From NCBI RefSeq assembly GCF_026151205.1, contig NC_087073.1, forward strand, positions 19,292,658 through 19,356,657: DNA of 64,000 nucleotides. The letters run 5' to 3'. Both the position numbers and the translations under genes were made by a program. Positions 38,401 through 50,308 of this stretch are shown one piece after another. Source of the DNA: Bolinopsis microptera. Taxonomy: Eukaryota. The notes below the pieces were generated by a model, which did not search any database, was not told the DNA's origin, and saw nothing but the letters and a program-made list of their open reading frames with translations. How positions within the stretch are numbered: position 1 is the first letter of the stretch; each line of letters opens with the position of its first letter.

Positions 38401-40939
38401 GATGAACAAGCTGATCAGTGATCACGTGACTAAACAATGAGTAAACATTATACCAGACATGTCAGTGAAATAGCTATTGGTTAGATTAGGTTGAGAATTT
38501 AAAATATGTACATACTATAATCAACGGATTTTGCTTTATTGTTATGAAAAGAAAACAAATAATCTAGTGCAAATAAATAACAAGATGGTAGATATAAACC
38601 TTGCAGTCTTTTTTAGCTCTGAGTTTGAGTGCAGTGTGAGGTGTGTAATAATAATAATAATAGGATTATGGCCACATGGCCATCCCGACAAAACTTGAAA
38701 CCCAACTGCACTCTACGCTATTGCAGTTCGCACAATATTATCAAAAAGAAAAATGTTCCTATCCGGAACATTTAATGATTAATTATTTTTAGGACGTTAA
38801 CATGTAGTTCTGAATTTAACAATCAAGAAACATTGATTCCTCGGTATTTAGCAATCAATGGGTTATTAGACATGAAATGTGCATATGAATCATGCTCACA
38901 TGTATTTATTTTTGACATCAAGGTTTCGCTGAGATCCCAGAAGTGACCCTTTGACGATGCTCCACTCGCTATCATGTGCTGAGTGGAGTTCATCCCCACT
39001 AGCATCTCTGATTCCAGATATTGCAGCCCTAATCTTGCGCTTGGAGTTCATATAGCTGTAGAAAGCTTTTGGATTTATTTTTAGCTGGGCTGCTGCTTTA
39101 TTCTCATAGCATATCATGAGCTGCTGTTGCTTCTTCTCGTAAGCACTCTGCTGATGTAGTGCATGATTCAGGTTTTTTGATGTCGGGTCGTTTTCAAAAA
39201 TAGACCACAGTTTTTCTTTTAGCTTCCGTGCCTTGATTAGACATGGTTTGTCCCAGACCGATCGTGATTTTATTGCACCTGCACGATTTATCCTCAATTT
39301 GACGACTGGGACAGCTTCAGCAATGGTGTTGGCATTGGCCTGAATCAGATTCCAGTGCTCTTCAATAGTCAAGTCATGATTGGCACTCCATTGCAGCGGC
39401 CCTGCTGTATCAATGATTAGATCTTTGTTTGCTTTTGACCAATTTTTCTTCTGTTGAGTCACATACTCATCATGGTTAGCAATTGACCACTTACTGATAA
39501 TTCCCACATGGTCTGATTTTCCCAGCGGTGCGGTTATTTGAACTTCCTGAAATATGGCGGGGTCTGAAGTCATAACATTGTCAAGAGTTGACGATTGCAC
39601 TGTTGTTAAAACCTTCCTTCTGCGAGTTTTAACATCGTCTCCGATAACCCAACTGAGATCATGTTTTGCGAAAAAATCAAGATAGCACTGTTGAATCAGG
39701 AATTTTTGATTAATTGAATTATTCGGACATTTAACTACACCTAAATCCCACACAACATCAGGAAGATTGAAATCTCCCATCATGATTAGTTCGGTATTAG
39801 GGGCTAGATTTTCAATCGCTACGGACAGATTAGATAACATTGATTGACACTTATCGATTGTTAATGAAGGGGATCGGTATATAACAAATAAGGGATTATA
39901 GTTGCCACGATCGTCTCAACTATCTCAACCTCAACTCGGGGAATGTACGTTCCTGGACAGATTGGGTGTTGAAACATCTCAAACTTGTGTTAAATTATAT
40001 TGAGCTCAAACGTTTACTGAATCGGAAAAGTAGGAAACAAATTTCAACTTTCAAAAACGTACCTGGTCCCTCAAAAAGCCACTGATCCAAAGCAAGTCGT
40101 TCTATTTCTCCGTCCTTGAAGTCCATGACGGCTTCTAACCGCAAAGCCGAGTCACGAGGAACAGCTTTAAGTTTGGTTACAATTTCTTGAAGTGCCTCTC
40201 CTGGATAAAGTGGGAAGGGTTCACCTGTCAGCCTCACTTCAAAGTCGCCGTGTCTTAGTTTCACCTGGTTTTATTTCTTCGTTTATCAATAACGAAACTA
40301 CACACATTGAATCGACAATTCTTAACAATTAAATTTACATTTTGAATGATAAGGTGGCTACCAGCGAAAGTTAAAAACTGTACGACTGAATATGATTCAG
40401 ATTAAAATCGTCTGATTACTAGTGAACTTACCATTAAAATAAATAATACAGATAATAAAATTAGAAAACTGAAAAGTAAACCATTATTAAAATAGACTTA
40501 AATGAAGTTATAATAAATAATGAAACCTGTCCAGATGATTCAAGGACAACTTCTCCAGCAGAGTCTCTAATGACTGGATGACGAATCACACAGTAATGGT
40601 TTGGTGGCACTGTAACCATTTTTTCTGGTCCCTCGACAACTTCTTCATTGTCCTGAAAAATGAGCATTGAGTCCCTGCAATATATAGCTGAGTAAATTCG
40701 CTGTGAAAGCACCATTTGAATTGAAGATACAGTTAACAATAAGAAAATGTTGCTTGATTAAGTAAAACTCCGACATCGCTGTCATACTGTGACATAAAAT
40801 GAGTTCAACTTACTTGTCTAACAAAAGTTGTTGGGCCAGTAAGGACCTTTGTGATGTTACTACTTTGGTCAAGTATGTGTAGATAGTAGAACGGTGGTAT
40901 CCTAAAAATTCCCCGAGCATCTGGAACAAGTTTCTTCAT
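23405..40939 (-). CDS. MVP: Major vault protein (MVP) gene, at least 17 coding exons
   Basis: Exons in plus coordinates, listed 5' to 3' on the minus strand: 40814-40939 ([42 protein letters not shown]), 40527-40660, 40064-40261, about 39880-39952, about 38600-38650 (the junction between these two is unresolved), 38184-38396, 37868-38014, 37593-37725, 37243-37392, 36862-37109, 29206-29393, 28802-28955, 28401-28594, 27449-27562, 27194-27323, 23714-23902, 23405-23545. The translation aligns along its full length with remembered vertebrate MVP. Examples are [159 protein letters not shown], the coiled-coil region, and the C-terminal [24 protein letters not shown]. Stop TAA at 23405-23407 overlaps AATAAA. 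Confidence 0.9.
23942..27056. repeat. 3.1-kb near-perfect palindrome: about 1.42-kb arms (23942-25363 and 25644-27056) around an about 280-bp loop
   Basis: 27056 backwards is the exact reverse complement of 23942 forwards (ttactccagtagcagggaggagttgagtgtgcac...). Each arm contains about 2.7 internal tandem copies of an about 360-bp unit (tagtcccaaccctgtggagccacgcccatatttcatat...). The palindrome occupies about 95% of MVP intron 23903-27193. Confidence 0.9.
27760..28290 (+). mobile_element. LINE ORF2 C-terminal fragment in an MVP intron
   Basis: ORF 27760-28170 (...[10 protein letters not shown]...[23 protein letters not shown]...[15 protein letters not shown]). The frame continues after one stop into [37 protein letters not shown], the typical LINE 3' tail. 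Confidence 0.65.
29527..30506 (-). mobile_element. Internally deleted pogo/Tigger-like DNA transposon remnant
   Basis: The transposase fragment at 29855-30160 on the minus strand ([27 protein letters not shown]...[40 protein letters not shown]) resembles the DDE_1 C-terminal region (QPLD.GII..FK..Y...W). The flanks 29527-29660 and 30380-30506 are inverted subterminal repeats (ttcccaaaaatttgggcgacc...aatttgggc motifs). Exact ends and TSD are not resolved. Confidence 0.45.
32613..33454 (+). CDS. Unknown gene or pseudogene: two ORFs in different frames (32613-33179, 33209-33454), with a possible spliced leader exon near 31830-32200 and an acceptor at 32525
   Basis: ORF1 [26 protein letters not shown] is weakly NERD-like. 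The ORF2 C-terminus [16 protein letters not shown]...[22 protein letters not shown] resembles SF1-helicase motifs V/VI (NVALTRAR-type). No P-loop is seen. The frames differ, so there is either a frameshift or an unrecognised intron. Confidence 0.3.
33727..34231 (-). pseudogene. Rhodopsin-like GPCR fragment or pseudogene, TM3-TM7
   Basis: ORF 34046-34231 ends ...[10 protein letters not shown] (the E/DRY motif), followed immediately by a stop. ORF 33727-34044 carries hydrophobic helices and NPVLYIRR (NPxxY). It is unrelated to the LDLa-GPCR at 4551-7403. Confidence 0.45.
34732..35751 (-). mobile_element. L1-type (type II) LINE ORF1 protein gene, solitary
   Basis: 339 aa. Central coiled coil ([41 protein letters not shown]). 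RRM-like [17 protein letters not shown]...[34 protein letters not shown]. This matches the L1 ORF1p pattern (RRNNLRIIGVPE...RPIIVKF...KILKAAR). No ORF2 downstream. Confidence 0.6.
36440..36740 (-). mobile_element. tRNA-derived SINE, copy 2
   Basis: Minus-strand tRNA-like head (GGCTTAGTGGCTCAGTTGGTTAATCC...CCAGGTTCGATTCCCGA) followed by a body sharing AGCTAAGGATCC and GAGGGTTAAATGAGGAG with copy 1 at 9060-9290. Confidence 0.5.
38896..39840 (-). mobile_element. LINE ORF2 apurinic-endonuclease (EEP) domain fragment in an MVP intron, same strand as MVP
   Basis: 314-aa ORF with [10 protein letters not shown] (GDFN) and KSDHVGI (SDH), the motifs of APE-type LINE endonucleases. It is continuous with 39841-39900 upstream. 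Confidence 0.75.
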
Positions 40940-42656
40940 GACTACTGAAGATTTAAAATTTAGATTTGCCGAAACACCAATATCAACATGTTTAAGGCTA
41001 CAAATATTTAAATATTTAAGTTCAAAATATTAATTACTGATGTTAAATGAACAAGTGTACTCTGAAATAAACCAGGGCACAGAAAACCTCTCTAACAGTA
41101 TTCCACAATTGAGAAACAAATTTTTTTTGAGAAACAAATTTGAATTTTGATCTTTATTACAGATTAAACATATCATATATAACCATAAAAGCCGCGCGTC
41201 GGCTGATTGCCTCAACTTGGATTGGTAGTAATTTCAGTTTACAGAAGCTGAAGGACGGCAGCTCAAAAGCCCCAGTGAACCATCGGAAAGATCAAGGACT
41301 CGAGTGCCAATAGTGGCTTTTTCGAACCCATTTTCGCCGAATTGCTGTGGCCCAGATGAGCCGCGCCCTGCTTCTTAACGGCACATGATGGTTTTTGTTT
41401 AAATACTTATTTAAATTTAAGCGATAATTCATTTGGTGGTTTACAGTTTTTGAATCATGTTCATCATTTATTTTTCGTTCAATTATCACGTGTTTACAAT
41501 TCAGTCATACCATGCATAGTCAACATTGTTGAGGCAACCAGCTTCCGCAGTTCAATAATTGGAGACCGAAAAAATATATATTGATCGAAATTTACAATTC
41601 ATCGTTATCAAATATAGTCAATAATATTCTTGATTCCATTTAGTACATAATAAGTTGGTTTTATTCTCTTGCAACACTACTGCACAACAAAAACTGCGCC
41701 TGTCCACCAGCAACAGCGCAGTCATAGGTGTGCAGCCAAAGCTAGGCCACACACCCATGGCCGCGCCGGTTAAACAACTCTATATTCAATTGTTATATTA
41801 GGAAATTTTAGTTAATTCTTTGATCACTCTTCAGTGCCGGTGGGCAGGCGCCCCGCATAGTTGGCTTTCCAAATTTACAGTCTCAAGAAAGCCGAAACGG
41901 TAATCGAGTCCCGGAGCAGAACACACATTTAGAAAATTGAAAAATTAAAATTAAAATAACAAATTAGTAATTAAAAATTAAAAATTGCATGACTACGAGA
42001 GTCCAGACAGGCGACAAACACACAAACCGGACGAAGAGAGGACCCACTGCTGAATTCGACATATAATGAATTGTTGAAAACATAATGATTCCTACACTAA
42101 TATGATCTTGAGGCATGCCCTGCATGTACTGTGCGAGTACATTGTAAATAATATCTGATAAGATGCGGCTAAAAATAGCGGCACGGCAAAATGCGGCAAA
42201 AAATACGGCAAAATGCGCGGCGTGACCGCCGAAATTTTATACTTTAAACATTAACATTTTAATCGGCTTTAGCCACCATGCACAATAGTTATAATGATCA
42301 TATATGAATAATTATGAAGAAATCTCCACATATCACTATATCAAATGGTGTAGACAACAACCAATTTATATGTCAACATTCTACATATTTTTTTCAGTTT
42401 CTCCTCAAAAGGTTCTTCTAAAGAACAGCTCTTCAGATCAGATTCCATATTTTAGCATCTACTGAATATGTGAAATTGAATCTGAATGTCTCTGCCCTAT
42501 CACATGCTTCATTTGTATGCTAATATCATGATGAGCTTGTGTATTCGTAAAATTAATTTTCTTCAATGAACCTCTTATTCACATGCTAAAATCTCTCACA
42601 AGTGCAAATACACATACATGTTACATGTTACATGGCGAGATCTCCATCCAAAAGGA

Positions 42657-44747
42657 TTAGTCTGCGTCATCTGCGTCATTTCTTTGTATTATACAACTTC
42701 GGCGGGTAATATTTCTCCATCCTTTTCGATCTGCAGCCAATCTTCTCATACAATCAATCGTGAGTCCATTACGATCCAATCTCTGCTCAGCATCTTCAAT
42801 AAATACATCATTTAAGCTCTTCCTAGGCCTGCCTCTTGATCGTTTCCCATGCTTGGGTTTCCATTCAAGTAGATAGTTAGGTAACCGATCTTCAGGCATT
42901 CTACTGACATGTCCAAACCAACGTAGCCGTTTTGTTGCTATTATGTCAGTAAGAGCAGTTATTGAAGCCCTTCTTAAAACATCTTCATTTCTTACTCGAT
43001 GGAACCACCTCACTCTCAGGATTCTGCGTAAGCAGTACTGATGGAAAGACTCTAATCTTCTTGTCTGCACTTGAGTCGTGTTCCATATCTCACTTCCATA
43101 GGTCAGAATGGTAAGAACAGCTGCGATGTAGATTCGCACTTTGTTGTTAATGCTTATGTTCTTATTCTTCCAAATGTTATTGAGTTGGTTAAAAGCTCCG
43201 GTTGCTTTTCCAATCCTGACACTTATTTCTTTATCGATCTTGCCATCCGATGTAATTTTGGCACCCAAATAAGTGAATTGAGTGACCTGCTTTGCAGAGT
43301 TTCCATCGACAGTAATATCTATGGTCCTATTCTCTGGGAGTGGGTGCTGCGACGTATCTTTCCCAATTACCATGATCTCTGTTTTCTTTGCGTTCATCTT
43401 TAAACCCCCAAGCCCACAGTATTTCGCAATATTGTCCGTTGTTTCTTGCAGTCCCTCGACAGTGTCATCCATGCCTGCTATGTCATCAGCATAGTCCAAA
43501 TCAATGACACATTTTTCCGGTTGTCTGGAACTTTGTCTGTACTGAAGAGTAAAACCACGCGATATATTTTTAAACTTCTCGGCAAGTTCTAATCCCCAGT
43601 TAAGTACAAGGTTGAAAATGGGAGGCCCTTGCACATCACCTTGTCCAGTCCCCGAATCGACATCAAACCATCTTGTCAATTCCCCATTGACACGAACTGC
43701 ACTTTCAGTTGCTCTAAAGAACGCTTTGAAAACATTGATGTATTTTGTTGGAAGACCATAATGTTCAAAAGCTTTCCAAATAAAGTCACGATTGATTGAA
43801 TCAAAAGCAGCTTTAAAATCAATAAAGTTTATATACAAAGGGACGTTGAATTCTATACAATTGTGTATTATACAATGAAGGGAGTATAGCTGATCTATAC
43901 AAGAACGGTTTCTCCTGAAACCACACTGATTTTCTCTAAGTAACTTTTCAAGCCCATTACTTAGTCTTTTTAACAACACGATTTGAAATAACTTCGATAC
44001 GGTGGAGCGTAGAGTTATCCCTCTGTTGTTGTTGCAATATGTGAGGTCCCCTTTCTTTGGGATGATGGTGATGATTCCTTTCCTCCAATCACTAGGAATA
44101 TCCTCACTTTTCCATACAGTTTCAAACAAATCTTTTAACCAAGGCAGAAGTCCAGGAGAACCGTACTTTAACTGCTCATTTGAAATTTCATCAATTCCAG
44201 CACTTTTGTAGTTCTTCAACTTCTTGATAGCTTCCTCAATTTCAAACAAGGACGGTGGCTCATCATCATTACTAAGATATTCAAAAGAAAGTACCTTTTC
44301 GTCCTCATCCAATAGAGAGAAATCCACCGCATCTGCTGCTGGCGTCAAGAGTTCTTCAAAATATTCGGCCCAGCGATGTGACTGAGCTTCGGGATCTGAT
44401 ATAAGTGTCCCATTCTTATCCCGCACTGCCGCAGATCTGTTTACTCTCTTGTTTGTAAGGGATTTTATTTTCTGCCAAACATCTCTTTGTTGACCCTGCT
44501 TGGCAGCCTCTTCCAATTCCTCAGCTACTCTAACAGCCCAGGCATTATCATCTCTTTTACAGTTCTGCCTAACAAGACCGTTAATCTGCGAGTACTTAGC
44601 ACGATTCTCAGCAGTACTAGGTTTCTTTTTAATCTCACCTCGTTCTTTTAGGAGATTCTTAGTATCCTTTGAGAGATGTTCTGTTTTCTTTTTCCGGCCC
44701 CTTTCACCCAGAACTTCAAACGAGATATCAGTTATAATGTCTCTCAA
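42657..44747 (-). mobile_element. LINE ORF2 reverse transcriptase, 5' truncated with no EN domain; the RT core plus C-terminal tail are intact
   Basis: 696-aa ORF with GFRRNRSCIDQL, FIDFKAAFDSI, GTGQGDVQGPPIFNL, YADDIAG, then LTYGSEIWNTT...RRILRVRW...LRWFGHVSRMPEDRLP. Confidence 0.9.
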
Positions 44748-45266
44748 TTTCTTCCATTGTTCTTCTAAAGGAGAGTTTCCAAGCTCCTGATCGTTGGTAT
44801 AGTATTTATTTAGTATTTATATGTAGTATATAGTATTTATAGTATAGCAAATACACACTGATTACTAATTTTATAGATTAAAGATTTACGAAACTGAAAG
44901 TTGTTAATTTCCACTCCTACTAATTCCTAAGTATTATTGTTCCTAAGTTTTGTTAAGTTATCAACCTGTAAATTTAACCTATTAATATGACTATCTGTAT
45001 GACTTTCTTGAGCCCAGTAGATAGATTAGATTAGATTAGATTAGATTAGATTAGATTAGATTAAGAATAATGACATAAACATCATCACTAGTTTTAAACA
45101 TTCTTTCTGATTTCCTCATTATCAGAACTGTGAACATTTCACAGCCTTCGTCATTAAAAAACAAACAAATTCTATAACTAACATAATTGTCATAATTTAT
45201 TTACATATAAAAAAGTTTAAAAAGTTAAAAACCGTTAATTTAAAAAATAAATAAATAAAAACAAAT

Positions 45267-46672
45267 TCATGAGATATTTATTCCCTTTCTCTTGGCAACA
45301 CACGGATTTTTATATAAATATTGGACTTGTTGCTTCTTCTTTTCGATATAATTTACACCCTCTATTTTTGCTAAAACTATATTTGACACTTCCCAAAAGT
45401 TGCCTGTGTCTACTAAATTATTAGTCTTTTTAAATTCTTCTAGATTAATTTTAAAATCAATAACAGACACTGAATTTCTAACAAAAGATGGCAATTTATT
45501 CCAAAAGCTGATAACACGCTCTGATAAAAAATTATTAGACAAGGTTTTAATATTTCCATCAATATTGTTAGATTTAGTGCTAACAATTTTATCTCCCGAT
45601 CTACTTAAATTGAAAATATCTTTTCCATACTCAACCAATCCATTTACAATTTTGTAGGCTTCAATCAAATCTCCTCTAACCCGTCTCTCTGCGAGTGTTG
45701 TAATCTGTAAGGCATCCAACCTTTCACTGTAAGGAAGTGTTCCAATATCATCAATAAGGCGTGTGAACCTTCTCTGGACATTTTCCAGTTCAATGATAGT
45801 AGCCCAATTCCCATGGCAGGCAGGTACCTTCTTCAGATTTGAAATGGTCGAAACATATTAAAAGTTGTATTAGTAAAGCAAACAGTATGATTGCATGGGT
45901 TACAAGGAATCTCATTATAAGAGAAATTAATGTTATGAGAAATGTTTATAAAACTATAATAAGACCCCACTTGGAGTATTGTGCTCAGTTGTGGTCTCCA
46001 CCTGCAGGTGGAGACCACAACTGACCACAACTGAGCACAATACTCCAAGTGGGGTCTTATTATAGTTTTATAAACATTTCTCATAACATTAATTTCTCTT
46101 ATAATGAGATTCCTTGTAACCCATGCAATCATACTGTTTGCTTTACTAATACAACTTTTAATATGTTTCGACCATTTCAAATCTGAAGAAGTTAAAACTC
46201 CAAGATCTTTCTCTGCTTCAATACATTCAAGTGTAACACCACTAAATACATATTCTTGAAGGGGATTTTCATTAAATGGAACATGCATTATTTTGCATTT
46301 GCTAGGATTAAACTTTAACAGCCACACATTTTGCCAGTTTTGCAAGCTTTCTAACATATTGAAAGTGCTTTCAGTGTCATTGGCATCCATAATAACTTTA
46401 AGATCATCTGCAAACAGTTTTGATATACCATTAATACAATCAGGCAAGTCATTGATAAAAATGACAAACAATAAAGGACCTAAAACAGACCCTTGTGGGA
46501 CGCCTGATAAAACATCACGAAGGTAGGAATATGCTCCACCAACAAATGTCTTAAATCTTCTTCCAGATAAAAAGTCTTTCACAATATCTAAAGTGTTACC
46601 ACTTATACCCAAATTTCTCATTTTTGTAAGTAGTCTATATATTTTAATACTTTCAACACTACTATATAACAA
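45267..46672 (-). mobile_element. LINE ORF2 RT core plus C-terminal domain, from a different family
   Basis: ORF 45833-46672 carries GVPQGSVLGPLLFVIFINDL and KLFADDLKV (FADD). ORF 45267-45719 carries ERRVRGDLIEAYKIVNG...ISFWNKLP, the typical non-LTR C-terminal region. The reading frame is broken by the internal inverted duplication at 45840-46190. Confidence 0.8.
45840..46190. repeat. Inverted duplication (about 175-bp arms centred on CCTGCAGG at about 46006) inside the LINE
   Basis: 45840-46005 is the reverse complement of 46012-46185 (ataagaccccacttggagtattgtgctcagttgtggtctccacctgcagg|tggagaccacaactg...). ORF 45839-46024 on plus encodes the same peptide as the LINE ORF on minus. Confidence 0.8.
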
Positions 46673-46937
46673 ATAATTTGAGGACCCCCAGTGGGAACTA
46701 ATGCCTCGGTAAATGTAACGACCATTACAGGTTGTATGTCAATGTAAATGGTTGTTGCACGATAAAGTTATCTTAAAGACATCCTAAGGACTATCAGACA
46801 TCGGTTTTTAAAGCAGTTTACTCCCATCTATCACCTAAAGATTATCAGACATCACTTATCGTTATCCTCCGGAGTGCTACAAAGGTACTGTAATCATTAA
46901 CTAAATTTCGAACAGTAGCATCTTTTTGTGATAAACT

Positions 46938-48590
46938 ATGTCTAGAATACCAGTTGGCTCAAGACATTACAATCTGAGATATCGAGGGAATTCTGTTAAA
47001 TTCCCCAGCAACGGCTCTTGTCCTACTGATAAATGTTCAAATTGTTTAACTCTATTAAGAGAGAATGATAGTCTTCGTCGGCAAATTTCTTTTCTCTATA
47101 AACAATTATCAGAAAGTGACAGTGCACTCAAAGTTCCCCTCAGCGATGGTTCACTTATCCCTGTATTGCCCCAGGTACCTGATCACTGTGAACATTCTAT
47201 CAATGTTCCCCTCAGTAATAGGTCATCCTCGCATCTTGTTTCTGAGTTAACCCAAGAGCTATCCAAATTAGCAGAAGACAGTGAACATTCAGCAGAAATT
47301 ATCAATTTGGAAAATCCCAAAAACTCTGTAAATGGTGACAATGATGTGACCAACTCTATCAATCCATACCAAGATTTGAGTCGAGGAGTTTTTCAGTTTG
47401 TTGACACTGCCAAGTTAGATATAGAAACCCACTATACTCATAAGTTTAAGAATAGGGCAGTTGCATATTACGGGGACTTTCCCTACGCTTACAATGGAGG
47501 GTTTCATAACACAAGGCCAGTAGCAGACAATCCATACCTAAAGTCTATTCTAGAACGCTTACGCTCACAGTTCCCAAAATTGAAATTCAATAGTGCTATG
47601 ATTACCAAGTATAGAAATGGTCAGCAAGGAATTCCCTTTCACTCGGATGACGAGAGGTCAATTTCACCAGGCTCCATGATCTCCACCATCTCTTTAAGGG
47701 CTACTAGAGTCCTAAGCTTCAGATCCAAACTTAGAGCTCATATTGCTGACCTCACCCTCTCCCATGGTGACATAATGAATATGACCAGACAATCCCAGAC
47801 CAGCTTTGAACACAGCCTCATCCAGGACAAGTCTGAAACCATGAGAATAAGCATTACTCTGCGCCTAATTGATGGCAGCGCAACCTTATCTACTCTGTCT
47901 GATGTTTCCAGTCAAGTTAAGAACACTGAACCCTCGGCCCCTAAGACTAGATCAATAGAACATTCTGGTAAATCTTTGTGTGTCTACATTAGCTCTAGTA
48001 TGTTCTCCAAATTAGAGGGAGAAAAGCTATCGTCCAAACATCATGAGGCACATGTATTCAGCTACCCTGGTGCCACAGCCAATGCAATCAATGAACGGTT
48101 TCAATCAGATGTAAGAAAAGACACTCTTAATACCAATAATGCGAAAAGCATTGTACTTATGTGTGGTACAAATGACGTGGACTCTATCCTGAACAGCCCT
48201 CGCAACATGAGGACTAAACTTCTGTGCCCTGATAGTTTTTCTGGTGATGCTAGAGCTCTTGACTTTACAAACAATTGTATTGAAAAACTTGTACTTTTCC
48301 TTCACAAGTGGGCACCTGGAGCTGATATTAAAATTGTTAACTTATTACCTCGGGAGAGTTTCTCCAGAAACAAGGTTATAACTGATATCAATGAGTGTAT
48401 ATCAAATCTGCAAAGAAAATACACCTATGTAAAACTGCTCTCAACCGAGACAAATCGTTTCTTGTTTAGTGATAAGAAAGGCTTTAGAAAATCGTCATTT
48501 TTTAGTAGTTATGGAGAGGATAATGTCCATCTCAATGATTATGGCATAGTTAAATTAGCAAGGCACTTGAAGTATCATGCACACCATTAG
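46938..48590 (+). mobile_element. LINE ORF1 with SGNH/GDSL-esterase-like C-terminal domain (CR1/L2-type ORF1)
   Basis: 550 aa. Cys-rich N-terminus (CPTDKCSNCLTLL). The C-terminal half has esterase block signatures VYISSSMFS, LMCGTNDV (GxND) and DNVHLNDYG (DxxH). It lies directly upstream of the EN-containing ORF2. Confidence 0.6.
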
Positions 48591-48745
48591 AATACTGCTG
48601 AATACTGACATAACACTCCTACCATCAGTTTTATTTTTACAGTACGACATCCAGACAAATACAACCTGCTTTTATTCTGTTTTTTAGTTTAAACACAACT
48701 TTACAACTTTTATTCATTCCATTGTGAATTAATAAGATTCACAAG

Positions 48746-50308
48746 ATGACAAATTTTAATAATGCAGCTGATAGGTTTCACAACCTCTGCATTGGTCATT
48801 GTAACATTCAAGGAGGGCTTCTCAATTTAGCTAAAAGTAATGAACTTTCCCAACTTATTAGAGATCATAAATTAGACATACTTTCCCTAAATGAGATGAA
48901 TCCTAATGATACTATTGACACAGACACCATAAATATTCCTTCCTCCTTCAACCTTATGCGATGCGACAGGCCAAACAGTTCTAGGGGTGGTTGTGGCTTA
49001 ATGATAAACAAAAAACTAGCTTACACAGAATTAGTTATGGATAGTAAGCTTGATAACATTGAAGCATTATGGGTGAAGCTTAAGAATAGCAAGATCAATG
49101 TTTGCTGCTTCTATCGCTCTGGAAATTATTGCAGTGTTGATAACTTTATTGAATACATTCATTTTTGCATGAAAAAATTGAATGGGAAAAAGGTTATCTG
49201 GATTGGGGATATAAACATTGACCAGAATAATATCTCATCCACCCAGTACAAAAAATTAGATATGACCTTGAGATGTTACAATCTAGTTCAAACCATTCAA
49301 GGGATAACTAGAGTTGCTAAACGTGGAGACAATGTTACCCAGACTACTATTGATGTAATATTCACTAACTGTTATGCAGATTTTGTCCAATCTTCTGTTC
49401 TTGATGAACGTATTGGAGATCATCAAGCTATTATGTGTGAGATAGATTGTAAAGTACCTATAGCTCCTAAATTTGAGAAGGTTGAAATTAGAAATCATTG
49501 TAAACGTAATGTTAAACAATTCTTAGACTATCTAGATACCTGTTCTGATTACAGTCCACTATTGGAAAGTACAGATGTTGAAGCTATCACTGCTGGCCTT
49601 TGTCATCATATTGAACAGGCATATGCAACCTTCTTCCCTTGCAAGACCATAGAAAGGCATGAAAAGTTCATACATAAACCTTCTACTGAACTTTTAAATG
49701 CCATTAATCATACACATTTTCTTCTAAAGAAATTCCGTAAAAAGAAGGATAAGAGAGACAATGGAAATTGCAATAAATGTGGTACATGTAGCAAATGTAT
49801 AAAGTGTAATGAGGCCTGGGATTGCTACAAGATTCAGAGAAATATTAGAAATAAATTAGCTAAAACCTGCAAAAAGGCTAATGTAATCGATGATCTACAA
49901 GTTAAAAGTGCCAAGAATGATCTTAAAGGGATATGGAAAACTATCAAACTGGCATCAAATATGACCCCTGGTACAACTAATTGTCAAACTATCAATGAGA
50001 ATGATCCTGAGCTATTTAACTTTCATTTTGCAAATGTTGGATCAAGATTACAAAATCAGGCCCCCAATATTGAAAGAGTTAGTTTTACTGATTTTTTACC
50101 TCCTAGAACTTCTAATATCTCATTTGATAGATTCCAAGAAATAAATGAAACTGATATCCTAATGTATGTCGAAACGCTCAAGAATGACAAGGCCTCATAT
50201 GACAATGTGCCTCTATTTTTACTTATAGTAGGAGCTGTTACGGGGATTTTCTGCTCGATACACCAGAGTCATCAGACATGTCTTAAAAGACGTATTTTTG
50301 GCCCCTGA
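48746..50308 (+). mobile_element. LINE ORF2 N-terminal APE-endonuclease domain; RT missing because the element is interrupted at about 50290 by another repeat
   Basis: LNLAKSNELSQLIRDHKLDILSLNEMN, IWIGDINIDQN and GDHQAIMCEI are EEP motifs. The ORF ends where sequence related to the TIR-transposon family begins (50330-50420, ggccatttttagggccaaaaatcggttttttcaaaat). Confidence 0.75.

Noticed and set aside
40940-42300. MVP promoter region with GC-rich patch 41690-41900 and CGGCAAAAT repeats at 42180-42240
   Set aside because: It is plausibly regulatory. I cannot define a TSS or specific elements from sequence alone.
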